Virus record (IMG/VR): IMGVR_UViG_3300027759_006101
Coordinates: 294,270-358,269 of that record
Direction: 5' to 3' (one strand)
DNA: 64,000 bases
Shown here: piece after piece, positions 1-9,741 of the stretch
Layout of the letters: each line of letters starts with the position of its first letter
Position numbering within the stretch: the stretch's first letter is position 1
The notes under the pieces: generated by a model
Database searches by the model: none
Seen by the model: only the letters and a program-made list of their open reading frames with translations
Told to the model about the DNA's origin: nothing
Program-made: the position numbers and the translations under genes

Positions 1-1
1 T

Positions 2-3000
2 ATCTATACTGTTTCTGCAATAGGAAATTCTCAAAAACAAATTTTTAATTACGAAAATGCTTTGTCTAGCTGGACATTTGATATCTTTGAATCTGTTCTT
101 TCTGAAGGACCTGCGGGAAGTCACAATGTATCACCAAACTTTAAGAAACAAATCAAAGGTATCTATCAAATAGCATCAATTGCATCAACTGAAACTGGTC
201 AAATATTTGTACCTGAAATTTCATTCCCATCTTTTCAAAATTATGAAAATTTCTTTGGGTCAGAGGGTAAAGGCAGTTCTTTATTACAAGATCTAGATAT
301 TGATTGGTATAAACAAGATTTTCAAAAATACTCTGTCAAAGCAGTTTTAAATGTTGCTGATGTATCATTAATACCTACTACATCAGGCACAGCTATATCG
401 AGTTTGGTACGCTCTCATTCTGGATTAGGCAATACTATCTTACAATCAAATGATAGTGTTCTGATTTTTGTAGGCTCAGGCTCAAGTTCGTCATCAGCCT
501 TAAATGGTATCTACAGACCTTCATTTACAGGCATAGGTAGTGTCTATTTTACCCAACACGAAGATTTTTATTTTGATACTAAATTTGAATCAACAACCGA
601 CAAAAAATCTCTTGCTTCACCTTATGAAAGGCCATCAGTCGTATCAGTAGAGCAAGGTTATATGGGCGTTGGTACAACATTCCAGAGCAAATATGTCTAT
701 ATGCAAGGTGAAGTAGCAATTCGAGCTAATACATTTAGCTCTGATTACTCTACAGAGGACCTTGAAAAATATTTACACACAGGAACTGAAACTTTTAAGA
801 TTGGTTCTGAAATAAGATTAAATACAAATACACAAGATTTAGATAAATTTCCAAGATTAGCTCCAATTCAACATACTCTTTTAGCAGACTTAGCTCTAGA
901 CACTGTATCTAATGACATCTTGATAGTCAAAAGAAATGGCAATCAATTATATAGCTTAGTAAGTGGAGATCCGTCACTATTTTACTTCCAAATAAATGAT
1001 AGAGTGTTCTATTACGCTACTGATGAGGATATTTATAATTCAAGCATTAGAAAATCGACTAGCGGCATTTATCAAATAATTTATATTGACACTAATTTTA
1101 ATTACTACTTAAGAAAAGTCAAAAATAATTCAGTAAATGGGCATCTTGATTATTCAAAAAGATTAGTTGCTCAATCTTCAATTGGTGGAACAATTTTTTA
1201 TCTTGCACGTCCAGAAACTTCTACGACAGTGTTCACTTGGACTAATTCAAATTATCCAGTTTCTTTATCTGACGTTTATTTAGTTTCAACTGGTAACACA
1301 GTTATTCCAAAAACTTACTCAACTGATTACACAATAAACCCAAGTAATGGTCAAATCAGTGTTGTAGGTTCTGGCTGGACTGGGACATTGTATGTACATC
1401 TTTATGCAGATAATACAGTCCCTTCTTATGACGCAGAACCGAAACAAATACTAAATAGATATTATTACATCCCACGAGTAACCAAAGACAGATTTATTTT
1501 TACTTCCGGAGTTGCTTTAGGTTCATCTACTTGGCAAATTGATTCTGAGCATTTTCAAGTAGTAAACAGCATTGGAACTGCTACTACTACTGAAATTAAA
1601 TTTAATAGAGATAGAAGTTCTTGGCTTGCAGATTATGACACAAGCAAGAATTATAGCTCAGTAGCTCAACACATTTTAAGTAGCGACTCAGTATCAAATT
1701 ATTTCTTCACAGACAGATTGTCATCAGATGGGTATTATTTTAAAACTGGATTAGGGAATTCGAGTGTTTTCAACGACACAAATCTTATTGATCCAATTAC
1801 TCTTAATAAAATTGGCTTATTCACTGGTGATTTCTATTTAGAAAAGTTAATAAATTCAGGAATTGGAGCTACTCTTACAGACTGGTACGCTGGTTTGGGA
1901 TTGACTGTTGATGCTAATGTACTAATTTTAACTAATAAAACCACACCAGATTATAGCGACAAAATAATAGATTCTTCATATCAATCTTCTTATTATGATG
2001 ATTTGAATAGATTAATTCTGCAAGATAAAACTGGTAAACGATACCAGAAAGTTTACACATTCAAAAGAAATGAATATCAAACTGTCAACTTAGATTATCA
2101 TTCAGCTTTCGGAGTTACATTATCACCGATTCAAGCAATTTTGACTAATTCTGCCGGAAGTGGAACATTTGTTTTATATTACGATCCCGCTAATACAAAC
2201 AGAAACACAAGCAATCGTTCTTGGATTGATGTTGCTACAAGATCTAGCTTCTTGTGTGCAACAGGTAACACAGGTAGTGTTCCAGATTTCAATGATATAA
2301 CTTATGTTCCTGTGATAGGGCCTTTGAGTTCACCATCTGGGTCAGGTAACACAGCGCAGTTCGATGGTTACGTAGTTGGCACTGGCGATACTATTATGAT
2401 TAGAAATCAATCAGATAGTACTAAAAATGGCATCTATACTTCAGTTGTTAGAAACAAATACACTTTAGTGAGAGCTACTGATTTAAATGCAACTTCAGAA
2501 TTATATGAGTTAGGTAGAGTTTCATTTGGTAATAGAATTTTTGAATTAAATCTGCCAGATGATAATTCTTCATATAACTTAGGAGCGTCAGCGTTAAATA
2601 CTCCGCTTATATGGAAAAATTTGGGTTCTGAGTATGTCATCGATGTTGTCGGTTTAGGACATACTAATTTTTCAAATCTAAACGCACTTCCTGATTATAT
2701 CAATGGAAGAGAAATTAGTGAAGGAAATAAAGTTTTCTTTTTTGGACAAACTACAAATTCTGAAAAAATAGTTGCAAGATTTAGAAAAAAAGTAATGCCT
2801 AATCTAACAAGAGTAGGTAATGGATCAAGTACAACTCAATTCCAAATTTCAAGTTTGTACGTAAATGATGCAAATAGAAATATAAACTATGAATTGTATT
2901 ATGATCCCTCATTGACTTCAGTTGGAACACATCCCGTACAATGGTTTAGACAAAATTTTATATCAAATTTTTCACCAGTTTCTTTTGGAAGCACTATCCC

Positions 3001-3892
3001 GTTAAGTGTCAATAATTTTATTATATTAAATGCACAAAAAGGAGATAGAATTTTACTTTTCAATCAAACAAATGAAACTGAAAATGGCATCTATTATTAC
3101 GACATTGTGAGAAACTTCTATCTGTCAAGAGATGAATTTTTAGATTCTGATGATGAAATTTCTGTTGACAAAAAAGTATATGTTTCATCTGGTTTTGCAA
3201 ACACAGGATATTACGGCTTAAGCTTTGATGAAGACGTAGTAAGTCCAGGAATTGGTATTACTCCAATATATTGGACAAAAATTAGAGAAAACACAACATT
3301 GACTGACGCTAGAGTTGCATCAATTGCAAATATAAATCTAACAAATCCTCCATCGAAAGTTGATGAAATTACTTTAAGAAAATTTGATAGAATTTTACTT
3401 AAAAATCAAACATCACAAACTGAAAATGGAGTCTATATAGTTTCAAGCATAGGTAATTCAAATGTTTGGACCAGAGCCACAGATTTAGATTCAAGTTCAG
3501 AACTAATACCTCAACTTTCTGTCAATGTTGGATACGGCACTACTAATTCTAATAAAAACTTTAGAATTAAATTGCCAGTTCCAAGAACAATCACTAATAC
3601 ACAAACAACTGCTTACATATTAAACACCGATAACATTAATTGGATTGACACATCTTCATCTGAGTTATATGAATCAAGCCCTGAATTATGGCAAAACTTA
3701 AAAGCAGGGTATGAAAATGCTGTTTTTCTTGGGACAGCAAAAATGGGTGTAGAGTCAACAGCTTCTAGTCGTAGTTTTGGAATTGCAGTAAGAACACCAA
3801 ATTCTACTATTTTATCAGGTTTTGGAATCACACAAAATGGTAAAGTAAGAGGATTAAATTTCAAAGTAGAATATAAAATTACAAAGGACTAA
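2..3892 (+). CDS. Large tail-fibre/virion structural protein, 5'-partial (>=1296 aa)
   Basis: The frame is open from nt 2 (IYTVSAIGNSQKQIFNYENALSSW...), so the ORF-track TTG at 62 is not the true start. S/T/N-rich beta protein with several copies of the phage fibre module [IL]DG...GDRILLKNQT...NG[IV]Y...W.RATDLD (e.g. 2360-2510, 3030-3230, 3307-3540). Confidence 0.75.
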   Translation: MYTVSAIGNSQKQIFNYENALSSWTFDIFESVLSEGPAGSHNVSPNFKKQIKGIYQIASIASTETGQIFVPEISFPSFQNYENFFGSEGKGSSLLQDLDIDWYKQDFQKYSVKAVLNVADVSLIPTTSGTAISSLVRSHSGLGNTILQSNDSVLIFVGSGSSSSSALNGIYRPSFTGIGSVYFTQHEDFYFDTKFESTTDKKSLASPYERPSVVSVEQGYMGVGTTFQSKYVYMQGEVAIRANTFSSDYSTEDLEKYLHTGTETFKIGSEIRLNTNTQDLDKFPRLAPIQHTLLADLALDTVSNDILIVKRNGNQLYSLVSGDPSLFYFQINDRVFYYATDEDIYNSSIRKSTSGIYQIIYIDTNFNYYLRKVKNNSVNGHLDYSKRLVAQSSIGGTIFYLARPETSTTVFTWTNSNYPVSLSDVYLVSTGNTVIPKTYSTDYTINPSNGQISVVGSGWTGTLYVHLYADNTVPSYDAEPKQILNRYYYIPRVTKDRFIFTSGVALGSSTWQIDSEHFQVVNSIGTATTTEIKFNRDRSSWLADYDTSKNYSSVAQHILSSDSVSNYFFTDRLSSDGYYFKTGLGNSSVFNDTNLIDPITLNKIGLFTGDFYLEKLINSGIGATLTDWYAGLGLTVDANVLILTNKTTPDYSDKIIDSSYQSSYYDDLNRLILQDKTGKRYQKVYTFKRNEYQTVNLDYHSAFGVTLSPIQAILTNSAGSGTFVLYYDPANTNRNTSNRSWIDVATRSSFLCATGNTGSVPDFNDITYVPVIGPLSSPSGSGNTAQFDGYVVGTGDTIMIRNQSDSTKNGIYTSVVRNKYTLVRATDLNATSELYELGRVSFGNRIFELNLPDDNSSYNLGASALNTPLIWKNLGSEYVIDVVGLGHTNFSNLNALPDYINGREISEGNKVFFFGQTTNSEKIVARFRKKVMPNLTRVGNGSSTTQFQISSLYVNDANRNINYELYYDPSLTSVGTHPVQWFRQNFISNFSPVSFGSTIPLSVNNFIILNAQKGDRILLFNQTNETENGIYYYDIVRNFYLSRDEFLDSDDEISVDKKVYVSSGFANTGYYGLSFDEDVVSPGIGITPIYWTKIRENTTLTDARVASIANINLTNPPSKVDEITLRKFDRILLKNQTSQTENGVYIVSSIGNSNVWTRATDLDSSSELIPQLSVNVGYGTTNSNKNFRIKLPVPRTITNTQTTAYILNTDNINWIDTSSSELYESSPELWQNLKAGYENAVFLGTAKMGVESTASSRSFGIAVRTPNSTILSGFGITQNGKVRGLNFKVEYKITKD

Positions 3893-3924
3893 AGGTATTG
3901 TTACTCCCCATAAAAAAATATAGT
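3893..3924 (+). promoter_or_regulatory. Candidate phage promoter motif AGGTATTG-N18-TATAGT
   Basis: AGGTATTG at 3893-3900 and AAAAAAATATAGT ending at 3924. A near-identical arrangement occurs at 10153-10185. Confidence 0.3.
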
Positions 3925-3952
3925 AATAACAATTTATCAAGAGAGATAAAAT

Positions 3953-4432
3953 ATGCATAATTTAGAATCAGGCCTTCACATTATTTTAGATGATATAGCT
4001 CCCAATATTCACTCCTTAGAAGAGCAAGCTAAAATTATCGCTTTAGCTTCGTCAATCATAAATAAAAAATTCAATTCTGTAAGATTATCTAAAACAGATT
4101 CTAAAACTGTAGAAGCTAAAATGACCGAAGCCATTCTGATTTCTATGAGTTCACTCAGCAATTGGGATGATGAAGATGATGAAAATGATTACATTGACGG
4201 ACGTGGATTGTCTGCTAATCAATTAGTCAGAAAAGTAGCTAATACTAAACCTTCCTGGGGCAAGATGGACATTATTGATCCTGATGTTTTAGATGATGTA
4301 TTTTCTTTTGAAGAAGAAGACGTAAAAGATGAAGAAAATTTCTTTGAAAATGGACAACAGACTACAGAAGTCTTTGACACCAAAGGCAGAGGAAGACATC
4401 GTTCAGATTTTAATTTTATGCCAGTAAAATAA
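3953..4432 (+). CDS. Hypothetical acidic protein (159 aa)
   Basis: ATG start, fills the gap between neighbours, D/E-rich. No recognisable family. Confidence 0.75.
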   Translation: MHNLESGLHIILDDIAPNIHSLEEQAKIIALASSIINKKFNSVRLSKTDSKTVEAKMTEAILISMSSLSNWDDEDDENDYIDGRGLSANQLVRKVANTKPSWGKMDIIDPDVLDDVFSFEEEDVKDEENFFENGQQTTEVFDTKGRGRHRSDFNFMPVK

Positions 4433-4433
4433 T

Positions 4434-5015
4434 ATGAAAAAAACAATTTTATCTCAAATGATGCCACCAATGGGAGATCCAATGGCTGCTATGGGTATGC
4501 CACCACCAGTAGCTCCTGCAGCTGGTCCGGGTATGGCTGGGGGTAATGCTGAAAAAATTATCAGAATTCCACTTTCAAATTTAGGTTTAATTTTAGCAGA
4601 TGTTGAAGTTGAAAAAAAATTGATGGAAGATTTTGAAGACAACGAACTTGAACTTGCCAATGAAATTTGGATTATGTATGGTGGCACAGAAGATGGTGGA
4701 GTTGTTCAGTCAAGAGTTGGCAAAAGAATGGAAAATCAAGATGTTAGTGATGAAGAAATTGAAAATACTAACAAATCTCGTTGGGAAAGACTTCCTGATG
4801 GAGAAAATTTGGATGATTTAGAAATTGAACTTTCTGATTTTGCTAATGCTATAAAATATCTTTCATTCGGCTTTTCTAAGAATAAAGCAAAAGAACAGCC
4901 AGCTCCTGGCGGAGGAATGCCAGGTATGGCATCAAGAAAGCTTGAAAATATGGTAAAATTAGCACGAAATTTGGATAAATTTGGCCTTTATCGTATAGCT
5001 GATCGATTAATGTAA
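4434..5015 (+). CDS. Hypothetical protein with Pro/Met/Gly-rich ends and acidic core (193 aa)
   Basis: ATG 1 nt after the upstream stop. MMPPMGDPMAAMGMPPP N-terminus; C-terminal helix KLARNLDKFGLYRIADRL. Confidence 0.75.
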   Translation: MKKTILSQMMPPMGDPMAAMGMPPPVAPAAGPGMAGGNAEKIIRIPLSNLGLILADVEVEKKLMEDFEDNELELANEIWIMYGGTEDGGVVQSRVGKRMENQDVSDEEIENTNKSRWERLPDGENLDDLEIELSDFANAIKYLSFGFSKNKAKEQPAPGGGMPGMASRKLENMVKLARNLDKFGLYRIADRLM

Positions 5016-5031
5016 TTATTTCAAATTTGGC

Positions 5032-5074
5032 TTGTTTTTCGTATAATGCTATGGTATAAAAATCATAGCATTAT
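5032..5074 (+). promoter_or_regulatory. sigma70-like promoter of gyrB embedded in an 11-bp inverted repeat
   Basis: TTGTTT (5032-5037), 17 nt, then TATAAA (5055-5060) preceded by TGG (extended -10). Arms ATAATGCTATG (5043-5053) and CATAGCATTAT (5064-5074). SD AAGGA at 5085-5089. Confidence 0.5.
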
Positions 5075-5095
5075 TTTTTTGCTCAAGGAAAACAA

Positions 5096-7222
5096 ATGGC
5101 AAGTCAATACAATGAAAATTCCATACAGATCTTGGAAAGCCAAGAAGCTGTAAGGACACGACCAGCAATGTACATCGGTGACACTGGTAAGAGAGGTCTT
5201 CATCATTTAGTCTGGGAAATTTTGGATAACTCAGTTGACGAGCATATGGCTGGTCACTGTACTAAAATTGATGTCATTGTTTCTAAAGACAACCGTTCAG
5301 TTACAGTTATTGATAATGGAAGAGGCATTCCTGTAGCCGTAAAGCAAGAAGATCCAAAGAAACGATCTACTCTTGAGATTGTACTTACTGAACTTCACGC
5401 TGGTGGTAAGTTCGGCGATGATGGCTCTGGCTATGAAGCATCAGGTGGACTTCACGGTGTAGGAGCTTCTTGTGTAAACTTTCTTTCATTAAGGTTAGAT
5501 GTAGAAGTTTGCAGAGACAAGAAGAAGTATCAACTTAGCTTTGATCGTGGAATTCCTGCGTCTCAAGTGACCGAAATTGGAAATTCATCCTCTACTGGTA
5601 CAAAAATTACTTTCTCTCCTGACTATAATATTTTTGGTCAATTTGCAGTAGAAGATGCTTTTCGTGAAGTTCTCTTGGATGATTTTGACATTGATGAGAA
5701 ATTTGCAGAATGTTCTGGCAAATGGCGCAAAGCACTAATCAATGGCCCTGTTAATCTTGAAGTATTCAACCAATGTTTTGGATATATGAACTATGCAGAG
5801 GAAATATTAACAAAAGCCTTTGATTCTTGGTTCAACCATTCTTGGAAAAATATTCATTTTGATGAGTCAGTTATAATCCGCAGATTGCGTGAAACTGCTT
5901 ATCTTAACGGCGGACTGAAGATTGTTTACAAAAATGAGCACACTGGTACCAAAGAAGAATTTTTCTTTGAAGGCGGAATTGCTGATTACGTAAGTTATCT
6001 TGCGTTTTCTCGGACAGGGGTGTATCCACTCAAGCCATTCTTCTTTGATAACAAAAGTGGCAAAGTCAATGTTCAAGTTGCATTTCAATACAGTGAAGAT
6101 GATGAAGAAACAATTTATACCTATGCAAATAATATTTTTACCACTGACGGTGGCACTCATCTTAGTGGCTTCAAAACATCTATCACAAGAGTAGTAAATC
6201 AATTTGCACGTTCTTCAGGTGTTCTTAAGGAAAAAGAGCCAAACCTTTCCGGAGAAGATATCCGAGAAGGCATTATTGCCATAGTTTCTGTCCGCCTACC
6301 ACAACCTCAATTTGAAGGACAAACTAAAGGCAAACTTGGTTCTCAAGAAGTTGAAGGTGTTGTAAATAGGCTCTTTTCAGAGGCAATCACAGAATATTTT
6401 GAAAAAAATCCTTCTGTAGTCAAGAATATTGCAGAAAAAGCTTTGAGAGCAGCAAAGGCACGAGCAGCAGCAAAGAGAGCATCTGAAAATATCAAGAGGC
6501 AAGGTTTTCTTGGTCGTTCAGGTTCTCTTCCTGGAAAGTTATCTGATTGTAATTCGGAAGATGCAATGTCTACTGAACTTTACATTGTTGAAGGTGACTC
6601 TGCAGCTGGAAGTTGCAAGGGTGGTCGTGACCCAGAATATCAAGCAGTTATGCCTATTCGTGGAAAGATTATCAATCCAGAGAAGAACGATTATGCCAAA
6701 CTTATGCAAAATGAAGAAGTTGGTGCAATCATTTCAGCTGTTGGTACTGGAATAAAAGATGATTTCAATATTAAGGATCTTCGATATGGCAAGATTGTAA
6801 TTATGACTGACGCTGATGATGATGGTGCTCATATTGCAACTCTTTTGATGACATTCTTTTATAGATTTATGCGCCCTCTCATAACAGAAGGTCATTTATT
6901 TATTGCTAAGCCACCACTTTATCGAGTCAATTACAAGAATGATAAATTTTACATTCATACTGAAGCTGAACTTGATGGGTACAGAAAGAAGTATGGTGAT
7001 AAAATAGAAGTCACAAGATTCAAAGGTTTGGGTGAAATGGATGCTGATGAACTTGGCACAACTACTATGGAAATTGGCAAACGTCAAATTATCAAAGTAA
7101 ATGTCGAAGATGTTGAAGAAGCATCAAGAATCCTAAATGTTCTGATGGGCAGTAATGTTGCTCCTCGCAAAGAACATATCATCGAAAAGTCTGCTGCAAG
7201 GATATTAGAAAACAATGGCTAG
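5096..7222 (+). CDS. gyrB: DNA gyrase subunit B (708 aa) with a ~70-aa insertion in the ATPase domain
   Basis: Motifs AVRTRPAMYIG, EILDNSVDE, DNGRGIP, LHAGGKF, GGLHGVG, GGTHLSG, EGQTKGKL, VEGDSAAGS, PIRGKIIN, MTDADDDG, RFKGLGEM. Lacks the long E. coli-type TOPRIM insertion. Confidence 0.97.
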   Translation: MASQYNENSIQILESQEAVRTRPAMYIGDTGKRGLHHLVWEILDNSVDEHMAGHCTKIDVIVSKDNRSVTVIDNGRGIPVAVKQEDPKKRSTLEIVLTELHAGGKFGDDGSGYEASGGLHGVGASCVNFLSLRLDVEVCRDKKKYQLSFDRGIPASQVTEIGNSSSTGTKITFSPDYNIFGQFAVEDAFREVLLDDFDIDEKFAECSGKWRKALINGPVNLEVFNQCFGYMNYAEEILTKAFDSWFNHSWKNIHFDESVIIRRLRETAYLNGGLKIVYKNEHTGTKEEFFFEGGIADYVSYLAFSRTGVYPLKPFFFDNKSGKVNVQVAFQYSEDDEETIYTYANNIFTTDGGTHLSGFKTSITRVVNQFARSSGVLKEKEPNLSGEDIREGIIAIVSVRLPQPQFEGQTKGKLGSQEVEGVVNRLFSEAITEYFEKNPSVVKNIAEKALRAAKARAAAKRASENIKRQGFLGRSGSLPGKLSDCNSEDAMSTELYIVEGDSAAGSCKGGRDPEYQAVMPIRGKIINPEKNDYAKLMQNEEVGAIISAVGTGIKDDFNIKDLRYGKIVIMTDADDDGAHIATLLMTFFYRFMRPLITEGHLFIAKPPLYRVNYKNDKFYIHTEAELDGYRKKYGDKIEVTRFKGLGEMDADELGTTTMEIGKRQIIKVNVEDVEEASRILNVLMGSNVAPRKEHIIEKSAARILENNG

Positions 7223-9734
7223 AAGACCAAAGGTTGAAGATACAACAACAATTATTGATAAAGAAGACCACATTATCAACAAAGAGTTCATCGAACTCTT
7301 AGATGATCGGTTTACCAATTACGCTTTTGCAGTAATGGAAGATCGTGCTCTGCCTGATGCAAGGGATGGTTTAAAGCCATCCCAACGCAGAACTCTTGTC
7401 GCAATGAATGACTTGAATTTGCGTTCATCTGGTAAGACTAAAAAATGTGCAAAGATCTGTGGTGATGTTTCAGGTAACTACCATCCTCACGGAGAAGCGG
7501 TTGTCTATCCAACACTTGTTCGTATGGCACAAGTTTGGTCTTTGCGCTACCCATTGATTTCCCCTCAAGGAAACTTTGGCTCACCAGCACCAGAAGACAA
7601 GCCTGCTGCTATGCGTTACACCGAAGCGAAATTTTCTGCTTTTGGTGATCAAATGGTTGCTGAGCTTTCAAATCAAGTTGTAGATTATGTATCTAACTAC
7701 AATGATGAGTTGATGGAACCAACTGTTATGCCTTCCCTGATTCCAAACCTATTAATCAATGGGTGTTCTGGAATTGCTGTTGGCTGGGCGACAAATATGG
7801 CACCTCATAACTTGCGTGAAGTGGCTAATTTGATTGACGCTTATATCAAAAATCCTGAAATTACAGTAGATGAAATTTTAGAGATTGTTCCAGGCCCAGA
7901 TTTCCCTCTACCTTGTAAGATTCTCGGAACTAATGGAGTGAAGAGTTACTTTACAACTGGAAGGGGCTCTATTCAATTGGAAGGCTACCATACAATTGAA
8001 TCTGAGAAGAACGGTCAGCTTTACATTAAGGTCACTGCACTTCCATACGGTGGTTCTGCTGAAGGCTTTTGTCGTGAAATCAAAGAACTTGTTGAATCTA
8101 AGAAAATTGAAGGCATCACAAACCTCAAGAATCTTACAAACAAGAAGGGTATGGATGTCAGGATTTGGATCCATAAATCAGCAAATTCAAATGTTGTTTT
8201 AAATCTAATTCTCAAGCATACTTCTTTGCGAACAAATTTCTCTGTTAACTCAACAGTACTTATGGGTGGCAAGAAAGTTGTTGAAAATGTTCCTATTATC
8301 AAACTTGTAGAAACATTTGTAGAACACCGCAAAGATGTTTTAACTAGAAAATTTAATGCAGAACTTGATAAAAATAATCGAAGACTCCATATCCTTGATG
8401 GTCTCATTGGCATTACCGCTAAAATTGATTCGGTTATTAAGCTCATCCGTCAAGCTGATGATAGGAATGTGGCACAACAAGAACTCATTGCCCAAGGATT
8501 TGTAAAGTCTCCTGAGCAGGCTGATGCAGTTTTGAAGATTACTTTGGGAAATCTTACTAAACTTGATGTCAACTCTATGACTGATGAGTTCTCAAAGCTC
8601 ACACACCGAAATGAGTGGCTTGTTGAACAGCTTTCTTCAGAAAAGAAAATGCTCAGGCTAATTTCTAAAGAGCAACTTGATCTTGCTGCAAAGATTGGCG
8701 ATGATAGACGGTCAGAAATTGTACCTTCCATAGAAGATTTCAATTATGAAGACTTGATTAAAGAAGAGCAAATCATCGTATCTCTTACAAAAGATGGCTA
8801 CATCAAGCGTGTTCCATTGGATACTTTCAAGACACAAAATCGTGGTGGAAAAGGTGTCATTGGCGTAAAGTCTCGTGAAGAAGATGAGGCTTCAGACTTC
8901 TTTTCAGGCACGACTCACGATTTGTTCTTGTTCTTTACAAATCAAGGTAATTTGCTGAAGAAAAAGGGCTATGAAATTCCATTAGCAACAAGAACTTCCA
9001 AGGGTGTTCATCTTAACAATCTTTTGAACTTGACTGAAGCAGAATCAGTATCATCAACAATTACACTCAAAAGTTTAGATGTTGATGGCAACTTTGTTAT
9101 GGTCACTAAGAAAGGTCTCATCAAGAGGTCTGAGATTAGAGACTACAACACCAGTCTTCGTAAAAGAGGACTAAAGGCCATCTCATTAACTGAAAATGAT
9201 GAGTTAGCATTTGTAATGCAAACAGATGGTACTCAAGATGTTATGATTGTCACAGCAATGGGAATGGCTGTAAGGTATTCAGAAAATCTTGTACGGTGTA
9301 TTGGCAAAAATGGGCAAGGTAGTCGCTCAATGCTTCTAAAAGCAGAAGATACAATTGCTGCAGTTCTAGCAATTGATGCTGATGCTGATCCTTCAATTCT
9401 GGTAATTACTGAATTTGGTAAGGGTAAGAAGACTTTTGCTTCTGAATACCGTTCTACTGCTGGTAGAGCAGTCAAAGGCCAAAGAACAATCAACACTCTT
9501 AAGAGAGAAGCTTCTGGAAAAATTGTAAGTGCAGTGGCATTATCAGATAATGATGAAATATTAGTGCTTACAAACAAGGGCAAAATGATGAGATGTAATC
9601 TTGACTCTCTTCGAAATAAATCCAAAGTCACACAAGCAAATAACATTGTGTCCCTTGATGACGGAGACACTGTGCAAACTGTTAGTGTAGTTCCAACTTC
9701 AAATAAGGACTTTGAAGAGGAGTTTACAGAATAA
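7215..9734 (+). CDS. gyrA: DNA gyrase subunit A (839 aa)
   Basis: RALPDARDGLKP, YHPHGE, catalytic AAMRYTE, GIAVGWATNMAPHNL, GyrA-box QNRGGKG and C-terminal pinwheel repeats. Overlaps the gyrB stop by 8 nt. Confidence 0.97.
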   Translation: MARRPKVEDTTTIIDKEDHIINKEFIELLDDRFTNYAFAVMEDRALPDARDGLKPSQRRTLVAMNDLNLRSSGKTKKCAKICGDVSGNYHPHGEAVVYPTLVRMAQVWSLRYPLISPQGNFGSPAPEDKPAAMRYTEAKFSAFGDQMVAELSNQVVDYVSNYNDELMEPTVMPSLIPNLLINGCSGIAVGWATNMAPHNLREVANLIDAYIKNPEITVDEILEIVPGPDFPLPCKILGTNGVKSYFTTGRGSIQLEGYHTIESEKNGQLYIKVTALPYGGSAEGFCREIKELVESKKIEGITNLKNLTNKKGMDVRIWIHKSANSNVVLNLILKHTSLRTNFSVNSTVLMGGKKVVENVPIIKLVETFVEHRKDVLTRKFNAELDKNNRRLHILDGLIGITAKIDSVIKLIRQADDRNVAQQELIAQGFVKSPEQADAVLKITLGNLTKLDVNSMTDEFSKLTHRNEWLVEQLSSEKKMLRLISKEQLDLAAKIGDDRRSEIVPSIEDFNYEDLIKEEQIIVSLTKDGYIKRVPLDTFKTQNRGGKGVIGVKSREEDEASDFFSGTTHDLFLFFTNQGNLLKKKGYEIPLATRTSKGVHLNNLLNLTEAESVSSTITLKSLDVDGNFVMVTKKGLIKRSEIRDYNTSLRKRGLKAISLTENDELAFVMQTDGTQDVMIVTAMGMAVRYSENLVRCIGKNGQGSRSMLLKAEDTIAAVLAIDADADPSILVITEFGKGKKTFASEYRSTAGRAVKGQRTINTLKREASGKIVSAVALSDNDEILVLTNKGKMMRCNLDSLRNKSKVTQANNIVSLDDGDTVQTVSVVPTSNKDFEEEFTE

Positions 9735-9741
9735 AATAATT

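Noticed and set aside
5636-5857. Intein in GyrB (and in the helicase, 17465-17770)
   Set aside because: No N-terminal Cys/Ser with C-terminal His-Asn plus nucleophile, and no LAGLIDADG motifs; both inserts are too short or coiled-coil-like.
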